A DNA stretch of 64,000 nucleotides from Spirochaetaceae bacterium (GCA_965224705.1 OZ245056.1:2272001-2336000), one strand, 5' to 3'. Counted from the first letter of the stretch, positions 20,513 to 32,728 are shown. Notes: a model not told the origin generated them from the sequence alone. Made by a program: numbers and translations.

Positions 20513-23500
20513 ATGAAAGAAGTCCAGGACTTTGACAACCTGATGATAAAACTGGCCTCCCCGGAGCAGATCCGGGCATGGTCGTACGGTGAAGTAAAAA
20601 AACCGGAGACGATTAATTATCGTACATTGCGTCCTGAAAAAGATGGTCTTTTCTGTGAGCGAATCTTTGGTACAACCAAGGAATGGGAATGCTACTGCGG
20701 TAAATTCAAATCCATTCGTTACAAAGGAGTGATTTGCGATCGGTGCGGCGTTGAAGTGACTCATTTCAAAGTTCGCAGGGAGAGAATGGGTCACATTGAA
20801 CTGGCTTCTCCTGTTTCTCATATCTGGTACTATCTTTCTCTGCCCTCGCGAATAGGATTGTTGCTGGACCTTACTATCGCTTCGTTGAGAAGCATCCTGC
20901 ACTACGAGAAACATGTTGTCATTGAACCGGGAAACACGGAATTAAAAGTCGCACAGCTTCTCACTGAAGACGAGTTGGCTGATGCCCGTGATCGTTTTGG
21001 GATGAGTTTTACAGCTGGTATCGGTGCCGAGGCTGTCCGGACTTTATTGGAAAATCTGGATCTGGATGCGCTGAGTGCTGAACTCAGGGACAACATGGTG
21101 GAGAAAGGGGCAAAGGTTGACAAGCGTTTTCTGAAACGCCTGGAGATAGTCGAGAATTTCCGGGATTCAGGCAACAGGGCTGAGTGGATGATTCTGGATG
21201 TTATTCCTGTTATACCCCCTGAATTACGGCCCATGGTTCAGCTTGACGGTGGTCGATTTGCAACATCCGATCTTAATGATCTCTATCGCCGGGTTATCAA
21301 TAGAAACAACCGGCTGAAGCGTCTGATGGCATTGAATGCGCCTGATATAATCATACGTAATGAAAAACGGATGCTGCAGGAATCTGTTGACGCCCTGTTT
21401 GACAATACAAAGAAGAAAAAAGTCGTTAAGGGTGCAGCCAACAGACCTCTGAAATCTCTTTCCGATCTTCTTAAGGGAAAGCAGGGTCGATTCCGGCAGA
21501 ATCTGCTTGGTAAACGAGTGGATTACTCCGGGCGGTCCGTCATTGTTGTTGGTCCCAGTTTGAAACTTCATCAATGTGGATTGCCTGCGAAAATGGCTCT
21601 GGAGCTTTATAAGCCATTCATCATGAAGAAACTCGTTGAAAAAGATGTTGTCTACAATATTAGAAAAGCCAAATCTCTTGTTGAACAGGAAACTCCCGAG
21701 GTCTGGTCTGTATTGGATGAGGTTGTCAGGGAGCATCCAGTTTTATTGAATCGGGCTCCCACTCTTCATCGGCTGGGTATACAGGCCTTTGAACCTGTAC
21801 TGGTTGAAGGAAAAGCCATACAACTCCATCCACTGGTATGTCATGCTTATAATGCCGACTTTGATGGGGATCAAATGGCCGTGCATGTCCCCCTTACTCA
21901 AGCCGCTCAGATTGAATGCTGGACATTGATGCTGGCAGATACTAATTTATTGAATCCAGCCAATGGCTCTCCCATTGTCTTTCCATCTCAGGATATGGTT
22001 ATGGGACTGTACTTCCTCACCAAGGAAAGGCCAAATGCCAGGGGGGAAGGGCGTTATTTCTGCTCAGTCAATGAAGTAATGATGGCTGGAGAAAGTCGAA
22101 GTGTATCCATGAATGCTCTGGTCCATGTAAGAATTGATGATGAATACTTGCAAACCACTCTGGGACGAGTCATTCTTAACGAGAATCTGCCCCGGGAAAT
22201 ACCCTATGTCAACGAAACTCTGGGTGATAAAGGTATTAGAAAACTTGTCATGAATTCCTTCAAGGATAACGGCAATTACATAACCGTTCACCTGCTGGAT
22301 GCCCTGAAGGACATTGGCTTCAAGTATGCCACGAAAATGGGAACAACAATAGGAATGGACGATATTCTGATACCGGATGAGAAGAAGGGTCTCATAGGTT
22401 CTGCCAATAATGAAGTGGACAGGATCCAAACCCAGTACAGAGATGGACATATTACCACAGAAGAGCGTTATAACCGTGTGGTTGAGGTCTGGAGTAAAAC
22501 CAACGAAGAATTGGCCAATGTGATGATGGATCATCTAAAAAATGATCAGGATGGTTTCAACAATGTGTACATGATGGCCGATTCCGGGGCAAGAGGAAGC
22601 CGTAATCAGATCAGACAGTTGGCTGGTATGCGTGGACTGATGGCCAAACCTTCGGGAGATATTATCGAGCTGCCGATACGATCAAATTTCAAGGAAGGTC
22701 TGTCGGTCATAGAGTTTTTTATATCGACCAATGGTGCCCGGAAAGGTCTTGCTGATACTGCCCTTAAAACTGCTGATGCCGGTTATTTAACTCGACGCCT
22801 GGTCGACATAGCCCAGGATGTTGTGGTGAACATGGACGACTGCGGTACGATCAATGGTATCGATGTCTATGCCCTGAAAGACGGAGAAGAAATCGTTGAA
22901 CCCCTGTCAGACCGCATAACCGGTTGTTTTACATTGGAACAGGTTAATCATCCTATAACCGGGGATGTGCTGGTGGATGTCAATCAGGAAATCACGGACG
23001 ATATCGCAGTCGAAATTGAAAATCTGGGTATTGAAAGTGTTCAGGTAAGAACTGTACTCACCTGTGAAGCACAGCATGGAGTCTGCATGAAATGCTATGG
23101 CCGCAATCTGGCTACGCACCGGCCGGCTGACATAGGTGAATCCGTTGGAATAATTGCGGCTCAGTCAATTGGTCAACCGGGAACACAGCTTACCATGCGG
23201 ACCTTCCATGTCGGAGGAACGGCGAGTACTGTTGCTGAGGAAAATCGGGTTGCAAAGCATTACCTTTTGCTTGTCCGTAAAATTCAGGGCATCTCTGTCT
23301 CCATGCCGGATGGTCAGCTGCTCTTCACACGGAAGGGCTTTCTGACAGTGGCCAGGGTCTTCGAAAGAATCGCAATTAAAGCCAGAGACAAAATACTGAC
23401 TTCCGATGGGGATAAGGTCATAAAGGGTGAAACAGTTCTCAAACGGGGTAAAGAGGTTGTTAAAGCAAAGGTTAATGCCTTTGTTGTTATCGTGGAGAAA

Positions 23501-24793
23501 GAGGTCCTTCTTGTTGCCCAGGATGAAAAAGTGGAAATTCGCAATGGTTCAACGGTCCTGGTACGTGAAGGCGACATTGTTGAGAAAGACGAGTCGCTGG
23601 CCATGTTTGATCCTTTCATCGAACCCATCATTGCAGAAATTGCAGGACAGGTTCAGTTTGAAGACATTCTTCCGGGAACTACCCTGAGGGAAGAAATCAA
23701 TGAGGATACAGGGAATATCGAGAAGAAAATTACCGATGCTTCGATGGAAACTCTTCAGCCAAGGATTAACATAGTAAATGAGAATGGAACAGTTCTTCAG
23801 GAATATCACCTGCCGGATAATTCCTATCTCAGTGTTGAGGATGGTGTGCCCGTAGAAGCCGGCCATACATTGGCCAAGATGCTCAAGGAGTCTCAGAAAA
23901 CCCAGGACATAACCGGTGGACTTCCCCGAGTTGGTGAGCTTTTCGAAGCAAGGCGGCCCAGAAATTCAGCGATACTGGCTAAAATCAGCGGTATCGTTGA
24001 GTTCGAAGGTATAAGCAAGGGAAAGCGTATCATTACTGTAAACGATCCTTTTGGTATGTCGATGAAGCATATGGTTCCTATGGGGCGGCATCTTCTGGTG
24101 AGAAATGGCGACCCGGTTGAAGCGGCCGAGCCCCTCTGTGATGGCCCAAGAGATCCCCATGATATATTGGAGATACAGGGAGAAAATGCCCTGCAGAAGT
24201 TTCTGGTTGATGAAGTTCAGGAAGTCTATCGTATGCAGGGTGTCAATATTAACGACAAGCACATAGGTGTTATCATACGGCAGATGATGAGAAAAGTTGA
24301 GATTCTTGATGTGGGAGATACCAGTTTCATCTTTGGAGAACAGGTTGATAAGTATCAGTTCCGAACTCAGAATGAAAAGGTTACGGGAGAGGGAGGCCAG
24401 CCTGCCATAGCCAAACCGCTACTTCTGGGTATAACCCGTGCATCGCTGAACATCGATAGCTGGATTTCGGCTGCAAGTTTTCAAGAAACCACAAAGGTTT
24501 TGACCAATGCGGCCATCGCAGGCGGCATTGATACATTGAGGGGATTGAAGGAAAACGTCGTTATTGGCCACCTCATTCCGGCAGGGACGGGGATGAAGAG
24601 ATACCGTGAACTCAAGCTGTTTACAAAGGATACGGAAGATCTTGATAAGCATGTGGCCAATCTCCTTGAGCAGAGACGGCAGGAAAGTGAGATTCTATCA
24701 AGGGATGAAACTCTGGATGCTGATATTGAAGATGATGTCGAGAATAATAGCCTTGAATCGGAAGCTGTTTCGAGTTTTGAGGCTGGTGATTAG
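20513..24793 (+). CDS. rpoC: DNA-directed RNA polymerase subunit beta'
   Basis: NADFDGD catalytic motif and zinc fingers; ATG 20513 after AGGAGG (track uses TTG 20510). Confidence 0.99.
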   Translation: MKEVQDFDNLMIKLASPEQIRAWSYGEVKKPETINYRTLRPEKDGLFCERIFGTTKEWECYCGKFKSIRYKGVICDRCGVEVTHFKVRRERMGHIELASPVSHIWYYLSLPSRIGLLLDLTIASLRSILHYEKHVVIEPGNTELKVAQLLTEDELADARDRFGMSFTAGIGAEAVRTLLENLDLDALSAELRDNMVEKGAKVDKRFLKRLEIVENFRDSGNRAEWMILDVIPVIPPELRPMVQLDGGRFATSDLNDLYRRVINRNNRLKRLMALNAPDIIIRNEKRMLQESVDALFDNTKKKKVVKGAANRPLKSLSDLLKGKQGRFRQNLLGKRVDYSGRSVIVVGPSLKLHQCGLPAKMALELYKPFIMKKLVEKDVVYNIRKAKSLVEQETPEVWSVLDEVVREHPVLLNRAPTLHRLGIQAFEPVLVEGKAIQLHPLVCHAYNADFDGDQMAVHVPLTQAAQIECWTLMLADTNLLNPANGSPIVFPSQDMVMGLYFLTKERPNARGEGRYFCSVNEVMMAGESRSVSMNALVHVRIDDEYLQTTLGRVILNENLPREIPYVNETLGDKGIRKLVMNSFKDNGNYITVHLLDALKDIGFKYATKMGTTIGMDDILIPDEKKGLIGSANNEVDRIQTQYRDGHITTEERYNRVVEVWSKTNEELANVMMDHLKNDQDGFNNVYMMADSGARGSRNQIRQLAGMRGLMAKPSGDIIELPIRSNFKEGLSVIEFFISTNGARKGLADTALKTADAGYLTRRLVDIAQDVVVNMDDCGTINGIDVYALKDGEEIVEPLSDRITGCFTLEQVNHPITGDVLVDVNQEITDDIAVEIENLGIESVQVRTVLTCEAQHGVCMKCYGRNLATHRPADIGESVGIIAAQSIGQPGTQLTMRTFHVGGTASTVAEENRVAKHYLLLVRKIQGISVSMPDGQLLFTRKGFLTVARVFERIAIKARDKILTSDGDKVIKGETVLKRGKEVVKAKVNAFVVIVEKEVLLVAQDEKVEIRNGSTVLVREGDIVEKDESLAMFDPFIEPIIAEIAGQVQFEDILPGTTLREEINEDTGNIEKKITDASMETLQPRINIVNENGTVLQEYHLPDNSYLSVEDGVPVEAGHTLAKMLKESQKTQDITGGLPRVGELFEARRPRNSAILAKISGIVEFEGISKGKRIITVNDPFGMSMKHMVPMGRHLLVRNGDPVEAAEPLCDGPRDPHDILEIQGENALQKFLVDEVQEVYRMQGVNINDKHIGVIIRQMMRKVEILDVGDTSFIFGEQVDKYQFRTQNEKVTGEGGQPAIAKPLLLGITRASLNIDSWISAASFQETTKVLTNAAIAGGIDTLRGLKENVVIGHLIPAGTGMKRYRELKLFTKDTEDLDKHVANLLEQRRQESEILSRDETLDADIEDDVENNSLESEAVSSFEAGD

Positions 24794-24954
24794 GAGTCTG
24801 TCGGACTTTAAGACTTCGAGGCGATTTTTGATGATTTTTTTCCGATACAAGGCGGCAAAAGCGGAGCATAGCTGGGCTGCGTGAGCATTTTGGCAACGCG
24901 GTAGCGGGAAAAAAGGGCAAAAACCGAGCCGTGAGACGTAAGTCCGACAGACTC
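24794..24954. mobile_element. 161-bp MITE, copy 1 (IS5-like, non-autonomous)
   Basis: Perfect 15-bp TIRs GAGTCTGTCGGACTT/AAGTCCGACAGACTC, flanked by TTAG at 24790-24793 and 24955-24958; no transposase ORF. Confidence 0.8.
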
Positions 24955-24958
24955 TTAG

Positions 24959-25119
24959 GAGTCTGTCGGACTTTAAGGCTTCAAGGCGATTTTTGATGAT
25001 TTTTTTCCGATACAGGGCGGCAAAAGCGGAGCATAGCTGGGCTGCGTGAGCATTTTGGCAACGCGGTAGCGGGAAAAAAGGGCAAAAACCGAGCCGTGAG
25101 ACGTAAGTCCGACAGACTC
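24959..25119. mobile_element. 161-bp MITE, copy 2 (direct tandem repeat of copy 1)
   Basis: Same TIRs; followed by TTAG at 25120-25123; 3 substitutions relative to copy 1. Confidence 0.8.
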
Positions 25120-25141
25120 TTAGAGTAATGTGGTTTTGGTA

Positions 25142-25170
25142 TTGACTTTTTCATAGTCTATCCCTATTAA
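25142..25170 (+). promoter_or_regulatory. Candidate sigma70 promoter for rpsL-rpsG
   Basis: TTGACT-N17-TATTAA, downstream of the MITEs. Confidence 0.5.
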
Positions 25171-25226
25171 TATAAATTCGCATGGAAGGAAGAGCCTTAT
25201 AAGGCCAGACAGGAGTTGAAATCCAG

Positions 25227-25601
25227 ATGCCGACAATCAATCAACTAGTGAGAAAAGGACGCAAGTCAATATTGAAGAAGTCGAACTCACCAGCATTGCA
25301 ATACTGCCCGCAAAAGAGGGGCGTTTGCACAAAGGTTATGACCATTACGCCCAAGAAGCCGAATTCGGCTTTGCGCAAGGTAGCTCGTGTACGCCTGACA
25401 AACGGAATTGAAGTAACAGCTTACATCCCTGGAGTTGGCCATACATTGCAGGACCATTCAGTTGTTATCATTCGCGGAGGCAGAGTGAAGGATCTGCCAG
25501 GTGTCCGTTATCACATTGTACGGGGTATCAAGGATCTTGAAGGGGTTGCCGCAAGGAAACAGGCCCGTTCAAAATACGGAGCAAAGAAACCTAAAGTATA
25601 A
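25227..25601 (+). CDS. rpsL: 30S ribosomal protein S12
   Basis: [10 protein letters not shown] and [10 protein letters not shown] motifs. Confidence 0.99.
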   Translation: MPTINQLVRKGRKSILKKSNSPALQYCPQKRGVCTKVMTITPKKPNSALRKVARVRLTNGIEVTAYIPGVGHTLQDHSVVIIRGGRVKDLPGVRYHIVRGIKDLEGVAARKQARSKYGAKKPKV

Positions 25602-25610
25602 GGAATAATT

Positions 25611-26081
25611 ATGCCAAGAAGAAGAGAAACACCAGTTCGGCCCATTGATCCGGATCCGCGTTACAGCAGTCGAGTCGTTGCCAAGTTTGTTAACCGCATG
25701 ATGCTCAGAGGTAAGAAGTCTACTTCGTATGGAAATGTTTACGGTGCCCTGGACATAGTTGTAAAGAAATCCGGCAAGGATGCCCTTGAAGTGTTTCTTC
25801 AGGCTGTTGACAATGTTAAGCCCATGGTTGAAGTTAAATCTCGACGTGTTGGAGGGGCGACATATCAGGTTCCTGTTGAGGTTCATGATGCCCGAAAGGA
25901 AGCTCTGGCCATGCGCTGGATTATCAATGCCGCACGTGCCCGCAGTGGCCGGAGTATGCGCGAGAAACTGAGCGCGGAACTTCTGGATGCCTTTAATTCC
26001 ACAGGTGTGGCATTTAAGAAGAAGGAAGATACACACAGGATGGCGGAGGCGAATAAAGCATTCAGTAATTTTAAATGGTAG
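25611..26081 (+). CDS. rpsG: 30S ribosomal protein S7
   Basis: [12 protein letters not shown] and [10 protein letters not shown] motifs. Confidence 0.99.
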   Translation: MPRRRETPVRPIDPDPRYSSRVVAKFVNRMMLRGKKSTSYGNVYGALDIVVKKSGKDALEVFLQAVDNVKPMVEVKSRRVGGATYQVPVEVHDARKEALAMRWIINAARARSGRSMREKLSAELLDAFNSTGVAFKKKEDTHRMAEANKAFSNFKW

Positions 26082-26084
26082 AGC

Positions 26085-26113
26085 TTGAACGATATTCTTC
26101 ACTCTGATATAAT
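26085..26113 (+). promoter_or_regulatory. sigma70 promoter for tuf and the S10 operon
   Basis: TTGAAC-N17-TATAAT, 3 nt after the rpsG stop. Confidence 0.75.
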
Positions 26114-26115
26114 AA

Positions 26116-26477
26116 ATCTCCCATGTGGTAATTGATCTGTATGGGAGATAATTAAGGGTTGATGCCCCTTAATTAAAACCTCGCGGACAGCCTGCTTCCT
26201 GAGATATGGGATGCCAGGCCGCTTTCGAACGAGGATGATCCTTCCACACGGATCTGCGGAACAATCAAGCCTGTTGGTTTTGGGCAGTGCCGCAGATGTA
26301 TCTGGTGGTAAGTTTTTGTTCCTCTTCAAGACCCATCCTGTCATGGGTCTGTCGTTCGCATGCAGCAGCCGCATTGTATATGATGGAATAGTCCTGTATG
26401 ATCATTCTGTCAGAAGATATGGGCAGCCTCACTTAAGGGCTGCTGTTATATTTCCCAAATGGCCGCAGGAGGATTTT
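26116..26477 (+). ncRNA. Putative structured 5' leader (or sRNA) upstream of tuf
   Basis: At least five inverted-repeat stems of 6-10 bp in ~360 nt between the promoter and the tuf SD. Confidence 0.45.
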
Positions 26478-27665
26478 ATGGCTAAGGAAAAATTTACAAG
26501 GTCGAAACCGCATATCAATGTCGGTACTATCGGTCACGTTGATCATGGTAAAACCACGCTGACGGCTGCTATAACAATGTATAGTGCAGCGAAAATGGGC
26601 GGAAAGGTTATGAGTTATGAAGATATTGATAACGCTCCAGAGGAAAGAGAGCGTGGTATTACCATTAATACCCGGCATGTCGAGTATGAAACAGAGAATC
26701 GACATTATGCACATGTGGATTGCCCGGGACATGCAGACTACATTAAGAATATGATTACTGGAGCGGCACAGATGGATGGTGCCGTTCTGCTGGTTGCTGC
26801 TGATTCCGGGCCTGAACCACAGACCCGGGAGCATATCGTGCTTGCCCGTCAGGTTGGTGTGCCCAAGTTGATCGTTTACATGAATAAGATGGATCTGGCT
26901 GATCTCGAATTAGTTGACCTTGTGGAAATGGAAATTCAGGAACTGCTGACAGAGTATGGTTTTCCGGGAGAAGAAACTCCCATCATAAAGGGCAGTGCGT
27001 TTGAGGCGATGTCCAATATTGAGGATCCGGAAAAGACCAGATCCATTCAGGAGCTTTTAAAAGCCATGGATGAATATTTTCCGATTCCGGAAAGAGCCGT
27101 GGATAAGCCGTTTCTTATGCCGATTGAAGATGTCTTTTCCATTCAGGGCCGGGGAACTGTTGTTACTGGCCGTATCGAAGGCGGTGTTGTTCGTGTCGGG
27201 GATGAGCTTGAGATTGTCGGTATTAAGGAAACCACGAAAACAACCTGTACAGGCGTTGAAATGTTTAACAAACTGCTGGATGATGGACAGGCTGGAGATA
27301 ACATCGGTGCTCTGCTCAGGGGAATTGATAAGAAGGCTGTTGAGCGTGGTCAGGTTCTGGCCAAACCCGGTTCCATCAGTCCTCACATGAAGTTCAGAGC
27401 AGCTATTTACTGTTTGACCAAGGATGAAGGTGGACGTCACAATCCATTCTTCAGCGGATATCGTCCGCAATTCTATTTCAGAACAACTGATATCACTGGA
27501 ACGGTGACGCTTCCAGATGATAGGAAGATGATAATGCCTGGCGATAATACTGAGATTACTGTTGAACTTATTCATCCAATTGCCATGGATCCGGGGCTGC
27601 GTTTTGCGATACGGGAAGGCGGCCGCACAGTTGCTTCCGGTCAGGTAACCGAGGTTATTGAATAG
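26478..27665 (+). CDS. tuf: Elongation factor Tu
   Basis: [17 protein letters not shown] and NKMD motifs; ATG 26478 after AGGAGG (track start 26211 rejected). Confidence 0.99.
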   Translation: MAKEKFTRSKPHINVGTIGHVDHGKTTLTAAITMYSAAKMGGKVMSYEDIDNAPEERERGITINTRHVEYETENRHYAHVDCPGHADYIKNMITGAAQMDGAVLLVAADSGPEPQTREHIVLARQVGVPKLIVYMNKMDLADLELVDLVEMEIQELLTEYGFPGEETPIIKGSAFEAMSNIEDPEKTRSIQELLKAMDEYFPIPERAVDKPFLMPIEDVFSIQGRGTVVTGRIEGGVVRVGDELEIVGIKETTKTTCTGVEMFNKLLDDGQAGDNIGALLRGIDKKAVERGQVLAKPGSISPHMKFRAAIYCLTKDEGGRHNPFFSGYRPQFYFRTTDITGTVTLPDDRKMIMPGDNTEITVELIHPIAMDPGLRFAIREGGRTVASGQVTEVIE

Positions 27666-27725
27666 AATCAGTTCATCACGTATGTAGCCTCACCCTGCTG
27701 TGGTGAGATGCAGTAGGAGAAAGGT

Positions 27726-28028
27726 ATGGAAAAAATACGTGTTCGTTTGAGGGGATTCGATGTTGAATTGATTGAACAGAGTGCGCGCTCCATTGTGGAT
27801 ACAGTGCAGAAGCAGGGAACGAAGGTGTCAGGGCCGGTTCCCCTGCCAACGAAGATCAATAAATACACGGTACTCAAATCGCCATTTGTTAACAAAAAAT
27901 CTCGGGAACAATTTGAGATGCGTACCCATAAGAGACTGATTGATATCCTGGAGCCCACTCCTGCTGTTATGGAATCTCTCATGAAGCTTGAGTTGCCTGC
28001 TGGTGTAGATGTTGAAATCAAGCAGTAG
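27726..28028 (+). CDS. rpsJ: 30S ribosomal protein S10
   Basis: GPVPLPT and [15 protein letters not shown] motifs. Confidence 0.98.
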   Translation: MEKIRVRLRGFDVELIEQSARSIVDTVQKQGTKVSGPVPLPTKINKYTVLKSPFVNKKSREQFEMRTHKRLIDILEPTPAVMESLMKLELPAGVDVEIKQ

Positions 28029-28047
28029 AATTTGAAGGGGCAGGAAA

Positions 28048-28677
28048 ATGGTTGGATTGATTGGTAAGAAAATTGGGATGACTCAAATATTTGATGCTGA
28101 TGGTGACTTGACTCCTGTTACCGTTATAGAAGTAGATCCCAATGTTGTGATTGACAGCCGGAACATGGAAAAACACGGCTACAACTCTGTCGTGTTAGGT
28201 GCCGTTGAACAGAAGTCTTCCCGGCTCACAAAGCCCGTGGCCGGCCAGTTCAAGAGGGGGGGGGAAGTAATTCCGCGGAAGTATGTTGTTGAGATTCGGG
28301 ATTTCAGCAGGGAATGCTCTGTTGGAGATTCTGTAGGCGTGGATATTTTCAATGACTTTCGCTTCGTCGATGTCATGGGCACGTCAAAGGGCAAGGGTTT
28401 CCAGGGTGTGATGAAGCGGTATAACTTTGGTGGTGGACGGGCCTCTCATGGTTCAAAGTTTCACCGTGCCAATGGATCAACCGGTATGGCTGCCTGGCCT
28501 TCCAAGGTTATTCGTGGAACGAAAATGCCTGGCCGTATGGGGGGAGGGTCCCACACCGTACAGAATCTTCGAATTGTCAGGATTGATGCCCGGAAGAATC
28601 TAATGCTGCTTAAAGGTGCCGTCCCCGGCAGCAGGAACAGTATGGTCGTTGTTCGGCAGGCTGGCAAGCGGAAATAG
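28048..28677 (+). CDS. rplC: 50S ribosomal protein L3
   Basis: GKKIGMTQ and SKGKGFQG motifs. Confidence 0.98.
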   Translation: MVGLIGKKIGMTQIFDADGDLTPVTVIEVDPNVVIDSRNMEKHGYNSVVLGAVEQKSSRLTKPVAGQFKRGGEVIPRKYVVEIRDFSRECSVGDSVGVDIFNDFRFVDVMGTSKGKGFQGVMKRYNFGGGRASHGSKFHRANGSTGMAAWPSKVIRGTKMPGRMGGGSHTVQNLRIVRIDARKNLMLLKGAVPGSRNSMVVVRQAGKRK

Positions 28678-28688
28678 GAGAAGCAGCA

Positions 28689-29318
28689 ATGATTAGTAAG
28701 AAGGTCTACTCAAAGGAGGGCGGGGAACTTCGCAACATTGAATTGGATGACGCTGTTTTTGACCGGGAAGTAAGCGAGGGCTCTATATGGCATGCCATTC
28801 GTAATGAACTGGCGAATAAACGGCAGGGAACGGCGAAAACTAAAACTCGCCGCGAGGTGAAGGGTTCCACGGCAAAACCATGGCGTCAGAAAGGAACAGG
28901 CCGTGCTCGTGCGGGGCGGAGAAAGAGTCCACTCTGGAGAAGCGGCGGGGTTGTTTTCGGGCCGCAGAAAAGAGATTATTCCTATCATATCCCCAGGAAA
29001 ATCAAGCGTCTGGCGGTAAAAAGCACCCTCAGTCTCAAGGCTTCAAATGATGATTGTTTCAGGATTATTGAAGATTTCTCCATTGAATCCGGAAAAACTC
29101 GTGATCTGGCTGATATCCTGAAGAACTTCCCTGACGATGGACGGACCGTCCTTATAATTGGGGATGATGATAAATTGACGAAGAGGGCGGGTGCGAATAT
29201 CAGAGATCTGAGCCTGTTTTCATACAATCGGCTTCGAGTTCATGATCTTTATTATGGGAAGAATATTCTCATACTTGAGGGTGCTGCGCAAAAACTCGGT
29301 GAGTTTTACAGGAGTTAG
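28689..29318 (+). CDS. rplD: 50S ribosomal protein L4
   Basis: KPWRQKGTGRAR motif. Confidence 0.98.
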   Translation: MISKKVYSKEGGELRNIELDDAVFDREVSEGSIWHAIRNELANKRQGTAKTKTRREVKGSTAKPWRQKGTGRARAGRRKSPLWRSGGVVFGPQKRDYSYHIPRKIKRLAVKSTLSLKASNDDCFRIIEDFSIESGKTRDLADILKNFPDDGRTVLIIGDDDKLTKRAGANIRDLSLFSYNRLRVHDLYYGKNILILEGAAQKLGEFYRS

Positions 29319-29320
29319 AC

Positions 29321-29635
29321 ATGGATGCCAGGAACGTCGTTATTGAGCCGGTTTTAACCGAAAAATCCAATCTCCTCCGCGAAGGAGATGTAAAAACTTA
29401 TGTGTTCAAAGTGGCTGACAATGCCAACAAAATCATGGTCATGCAGGCTGTTAAGCAGCTGTTCAATGTAAAACCCGTAAGCTGTCGTATAATCAATGTG
29501 CACGGAAAAATTCGCAATAACAGAGCGATATCCAGAAGCAGTTTCCGGCGTGGTAAAGGACACACTTCTGCATGGAAAAAAGCAATGGTGACATTGGAAA
29601 AAAATCAGCGCATTGAAGTTTTTGAAGGTGCTTAG
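29321..29635 (+). CDS. rplW: 50S ribosomal protein L23
   Basis: PVLTEKS and WKKAMVTL motifs. Confidence 0.96.
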   Translation: MDARNVVIEPVLTEKSNLLREGDVKTYVFKVADNANKIMVMQAVKQLFNVKPVSCRIINVHGKIRNNRAISRSSFRRGKGHTSAWKKAMVTLEKNQRIEVFEGA

Positions 29636-29650
29636 GAAGGAGGGATAAGA

Positions 29651-30475
29651 ATGGCCTTGAAGACGTATAATCCAACAACACCATCCCTTCGTTTTCGCCA
29701 GGGGCTGGATAATTCTCGGCTGGATAAGAAGCGGCCTGAGAAGGCTCTCACAGGTGCAAAGGTGTCGCAGGCTGGCCGTGGTGCCGGCGGCCGCATCAGT
29801 GTTCGGCGCCGCGGGGGTGGTCACAAAAGACAGTATAGAGAGATTGACTTCAGAAGAGACAAGGATGGCATACCAGGAAGAGTTGCTTCTATTGAGTATG
29901 ATCCCAATCGCAGTGCCAATATCGCACTGATTTCCTATGTGGATGGTGAGAAGCGGTATATAATCTGTCCCGAAGGCCTGGAAGTCGATTCCGTGATTAT
30001 GAGCGGTTCTGGAGCTCCCCCTGAGACTGGTAATTGTCTGCCATTGGGGCTCATTCCCGTAGGCCGCACCGTTCATGCTGTGGAATTAACCCGGGGGAGG
30101 GGAGCCCAGCTTATTCGCTCCGCAGGCGGAGGGGCTCAGATCCAGGCAATTGAAGGGGAATATGTTACCCTTAAACTCTCATCTGGTGAGATGCGTATGG
30201 TTCACAAAGCCTGCATTGCTACGATCGGAGAAGTTGGTAATGAAGATCACATGAATGTGAAAATAGGAAAGGCCGGACGCAGTCGATGGCTGGGAAGACG
30301 TCCCAGGGTTCGGGGCGTTGTAATGAATCCGGTTGATCACCCTCATGGTGGTGGCGAAGGACGAACCTCTGGCGGGCGTCATCCCGTATCCCCCTGGGGG
30401 AAACCGGCCAAGGGCGGTAAAACTCGTCAGAAACATAAGTCTTCCAATAAGTTTATTGTGAAGCAGCGTAAGTAA
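29651..30475 (+). CDS. rplB: 50S ribosomal protein L2
   Basis: EYDPNRSA and [13 protein letters not shown] motifs. Confidence 0.99.
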   Translation: MALKTYNPTTPSLRFRQGLDNSRLDKKRPEKALTGAKVSQAGRGAGGRISVRRRGGGHKRQYREIDFRRDKDGIPGRVASIEYDPNRSANIALISYVDGEKRYIICPEGLEVDSVIMSGSGAPPETGNCLPLGLIPVGRTVHAVELTRGRGAQLIRSAGGGAQIQAIEGEYVTLKLSSGEMRMVHKACIATIGEVGNEDHMNVKIGKAGRSRWLGRRPRVRGVVMNPVDHPHGGGEGRTSGGRHPVSPWGKPAKGGKTRQKHKSSNKFIVKQRK

Positions 30476-30484
30476 GGGGGCAAA

Positions 30485-30766
30485 ATGTCAAGGTCGGTAA
30501 AAAAAGGGCCATTTGTGGCCAAAAGCCTGTATGCGAAAGTTGTCGACTGGAAGAAGAATGATACTAAGGGGATAATCAAAACATGGTCCCGCTCTTCTAC
30601 TATTATCCCGGAGATGGTAAACCTTACTATCTCTGTATACAATGGAAGAACTTTTATTCCAGTCTATGTGACAGAAAACCTGGTTGGACACAAGCTTGGT
30701 GAGTTTTCACCGACCCGAATGTTCCGAGGGCATGCAGGCTCGGATAAAAAAGGAAAGAGGCAATAA
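30485..30766 (+). CDS. rpsS: 30S ribosomal protein S19
   Basis: KTWSRSS and [11 protein letters not shown] motifs. Confidence 0.98.
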   Translation: MSRSVKKGPFVAKSLYAKVVDWKKNDTKGIIKTWSRSSTIIPEMVNLTISVYNGRTFIPVYVTENLVGHKLGEFSPTRMFRGHAGSDKKGKRQ

Positions 30767-30768
30767 TC

Positions 30769-31125
30769 ATGGTAGCAAAAAAGGGATTCCATGCCAGAGC
30801 AAGATATCTTCCCATGTCTCCCTCTAAAATCAGGCCTGTTGCCGATCAAGTTCGACGGAGACCTGTTCTGGAAGCCGTTGCCATTCTTGAATCTCTGCCG
30901 AATAAGGGTGCTGTTTACCTTTTGAAAGTGATTCAATCAGCCATGGCCAATGCCCTGGTTCAGGATGCAGGTATCGATGAAGATTCGCTGTATGTTGCTG
31001 AGCTTCTGGTTGATGGAGGTCCGAGCCGAAAGACTCTCTGGCCAAGGAGTCGCGGTCGAGCAGATAGGCAGATCAAACGATCAAGCCATATCTCAATAAT
31101 ATTGAATCACAGGACGGTGAATTGA
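30769..31125 (+). CDS. rplV: 50S ribosomal protein L22
   Basis: SPSKIR, SAMANA and PRSRGRA motifs; synteny. Confidence 0.96.
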   Translation: MVAKKGFHARARYLPMSPSKIRPVADQVRRRPVLEAVAILESLPNKGAVYLLKVIQSAMANALVQDAGIDEDSLYVAELLVDGGPSRKTLWPRSRGRADRQIKRSSHISIILNHRTVN

Positions 31126-31832
31126 TGGGGCAGAAAGTTCACCCCTATGGTTTTCGCCTGGGTATCAATAAAAACTGGAAATCCCGCTGGTTTGTTTCAC
31201 CAAAGGATTATGCCAACACACTGCATGAGGATCTCCAGCTTCGTAAAATATTGTTGGAGAGTCCTGAAGCAAAGGGTGCTGATATAACTGATATTGAAAT
31301 TGTCAGGCAGCCCACACGAGTTACATTGAGTATAGAAACAGCCCGCCCGGGTGTTATCATCGGTGCAAAAGGGGCGAATATTGAGAAAGTAACAGGTCGG
31401 CTTCAAAAGATCACAGACAAGAAAGTGAGCGTTAAAATCAAGGAGATCAAGAAGCCCGATGTGAATGCCCATGTGATAGCTCAAAACCTTGCAAGACAAC
31501 TGAAGAACAGAGCAGCGTTTCGACGTTCGCTAAAAATGGCCGTGCAAAATGCAATGCGGGGTGGAGTGCAGGGAATTAAGATCAAGATCTCCGGCCGATT
31601 GGGCGGTGCTGATATGAGCCGGAGTCTTGAAGTCAAAGATGGCCGGGTTCCCCTGCACACAATTCGTGCTGATATTGACTACTCTGTTGCAGAATCCATG
31701 ACAACATTTGGTGTCGTTGGAGTCAAGGTCTGGGTGTTTAACGGTGAGATACTTGGTGCTGATCAGAAGGAAGATGCCGGCCAATTTGTCAGTACTCGCC
31801 GCGATAACCGGGGAGGTCGAAAAGATGCTTAG
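31125..31832 (+). CDS. rpsC: 30S ribosomal protein S3
   Basis: [13 protein letters not shown] and [13 protein letters not shown] motifs. Confidence 0.98.
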   Translation: MGQKVHPYGFRLGINKNWKSRWFVSPKDYANTLHEDLQLRKILLESPEAKGADITDIEIVRQPTRVTLSIETARPGVIIGAKGANIEKVTGRLQKITDKKVSVKIKEIKKPDVNAHVIAQNLARQLKNRAAFRRSLKMAVQNAMRGGVQGIKIKISGRLGGADMSRSLEVKDGRVPLHTIRADIDYSVAESMTTFGVVGVKVWVFNGEILGADQKEDAGQFVSTRRDNRGGRKDA

Positions 31833-32256
31833 CCCCAAACGTGTAAAATACAGAAAGACTCATCGAGGACGCGCCATTCCAAACGCAAAAAGAGCATCCA
31901 GAGGAAATACAATAAATTTTGGTGAATTTGGCCTGGTCTCCATGGAGAACAAGCAGATTACTGCGAGACAGATAGAGGCTGCCCGTATTGCAATGACACG
32001 GCATATCAAGCGGGGAGGTAAGGTCTGGATCCGGGTTTTTCCCAATATCCCATACACGAAGAAACCTGCTGAGACACGGATGGGAAAAGGAAAGGGAATC
32101 CCTGAGTACTGGGTAGCCGCTGTCAAACCTGGTACTGTAATGTTTGAAATCGCGGGTGTTGAGAATGATCTGGCGAAGCATGCCATGATCCTGGCTGCAA
32201 GTAAGCTTCCAGTTCATACCAGATTTCTAGCCAAACGGCATTGGAGTAATGTATGA
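31825..32256 (+). CDS. rplP: 50S ribosomal protein L16
   Basis: [11 protein letters not shown] and ETRMGKGKG motifs; ATG 31825 after GGAGG. Confidence 0.98.
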   Translation: MLSPKRVKYRKTHRGRAIPNAKRASRGNTINFGEFGLVSMENKQITARQIEAARIAMTRHIKRGGKVWIRVFPNIPYTKKPAETRMGKGKGIPEYWVAAVKPGTVMFEIAGVENDLAKHAMILAASKLPVHTRFLAKRHWSNV

Positions 32257-32453
32257 AGCAAACCTTCAATGATTTAACTCTGGATGAATTGAAAGTCAAG
32301 AGGGAAGAGTTGATTACCCGGATGAAGGATCTGAGATTTGAAATGGTATTGGGGCATGTGGAGAATCCTGTGGAAAAGCGCAATATTCGTCATCAGATAG
32401 CTCGGTTGAATACAATGATAGGTGAGTACAAACTTGGAATCCGAAAGGCATAA
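32253..32453 (+). CDS. rpmC: 50S ribosomal protein L29
   Basis: LRF...ENP...IARLNT motif; synteny. Confidence 0.95.
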   Translation: MKQTFNDLTLDELKVKREELITRMKDLRFEMVLGHVENPVEKRNIRHQIARLNTMIGEYKLGIRKA

Positions 32454-32457
32454 CGGA

Positions 32458-32718
32458 ATGGGATTGAAAAAAAGTAATAAGAAAATATTTACAGGAACGG
32501 TTGTGAGTGACAAAATGGATAAAACGGTTACCGTCCGGGTTTCTACTCGACAGTTACACCCAATGTATAAGAAATACATCACCCGTTCCAGGAAGTATAA
32601 AGCTCATGATGAAATCAATGATGCAAGAGAAGGTGATACTGTCCGCATTATTGAAAGCAGACCGGTGAGCAAAGATAAAAGATGGCGGCTTCTTGAGGTC
32701 GTCGAACGTGTGAAATAG
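32458..32718 (+). CDS. rpsQ: 30S ribosomal protein S17
   Basis: [11 protein letters not shown] and [11 protein letters not shown] motifs. Confidence 0.97.
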   Translation: MGLKKSNKKIFTGTVVSDKMDKTVTVRVSTRQLHPMYKKYITRSRKYKAHDEINDAREGDTVRIIESRPVSKDKRWRLLEVVERVK

Positions 32719-32728
32719 GGGGGTGGCG

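Noticed and set aside
24790..25123. 165-bp periodic repeat as a CRISPR array or integron attC cassettes
   Set aside because: Whole units are near-identical with no unique spacers; only two copies; no cas or integrase genes; TIRs plus a 4-bp target duplication fit a MITE.
26211..26477. 89-aa N-terminal extension of EF-Tu, or a fusA remnant
   Set aside because: No SD at 26211, a strong AGGAGG before ATG 26478 with the canonical MAKEKF start, and no recognisable EF-G motifs in the translations examined.
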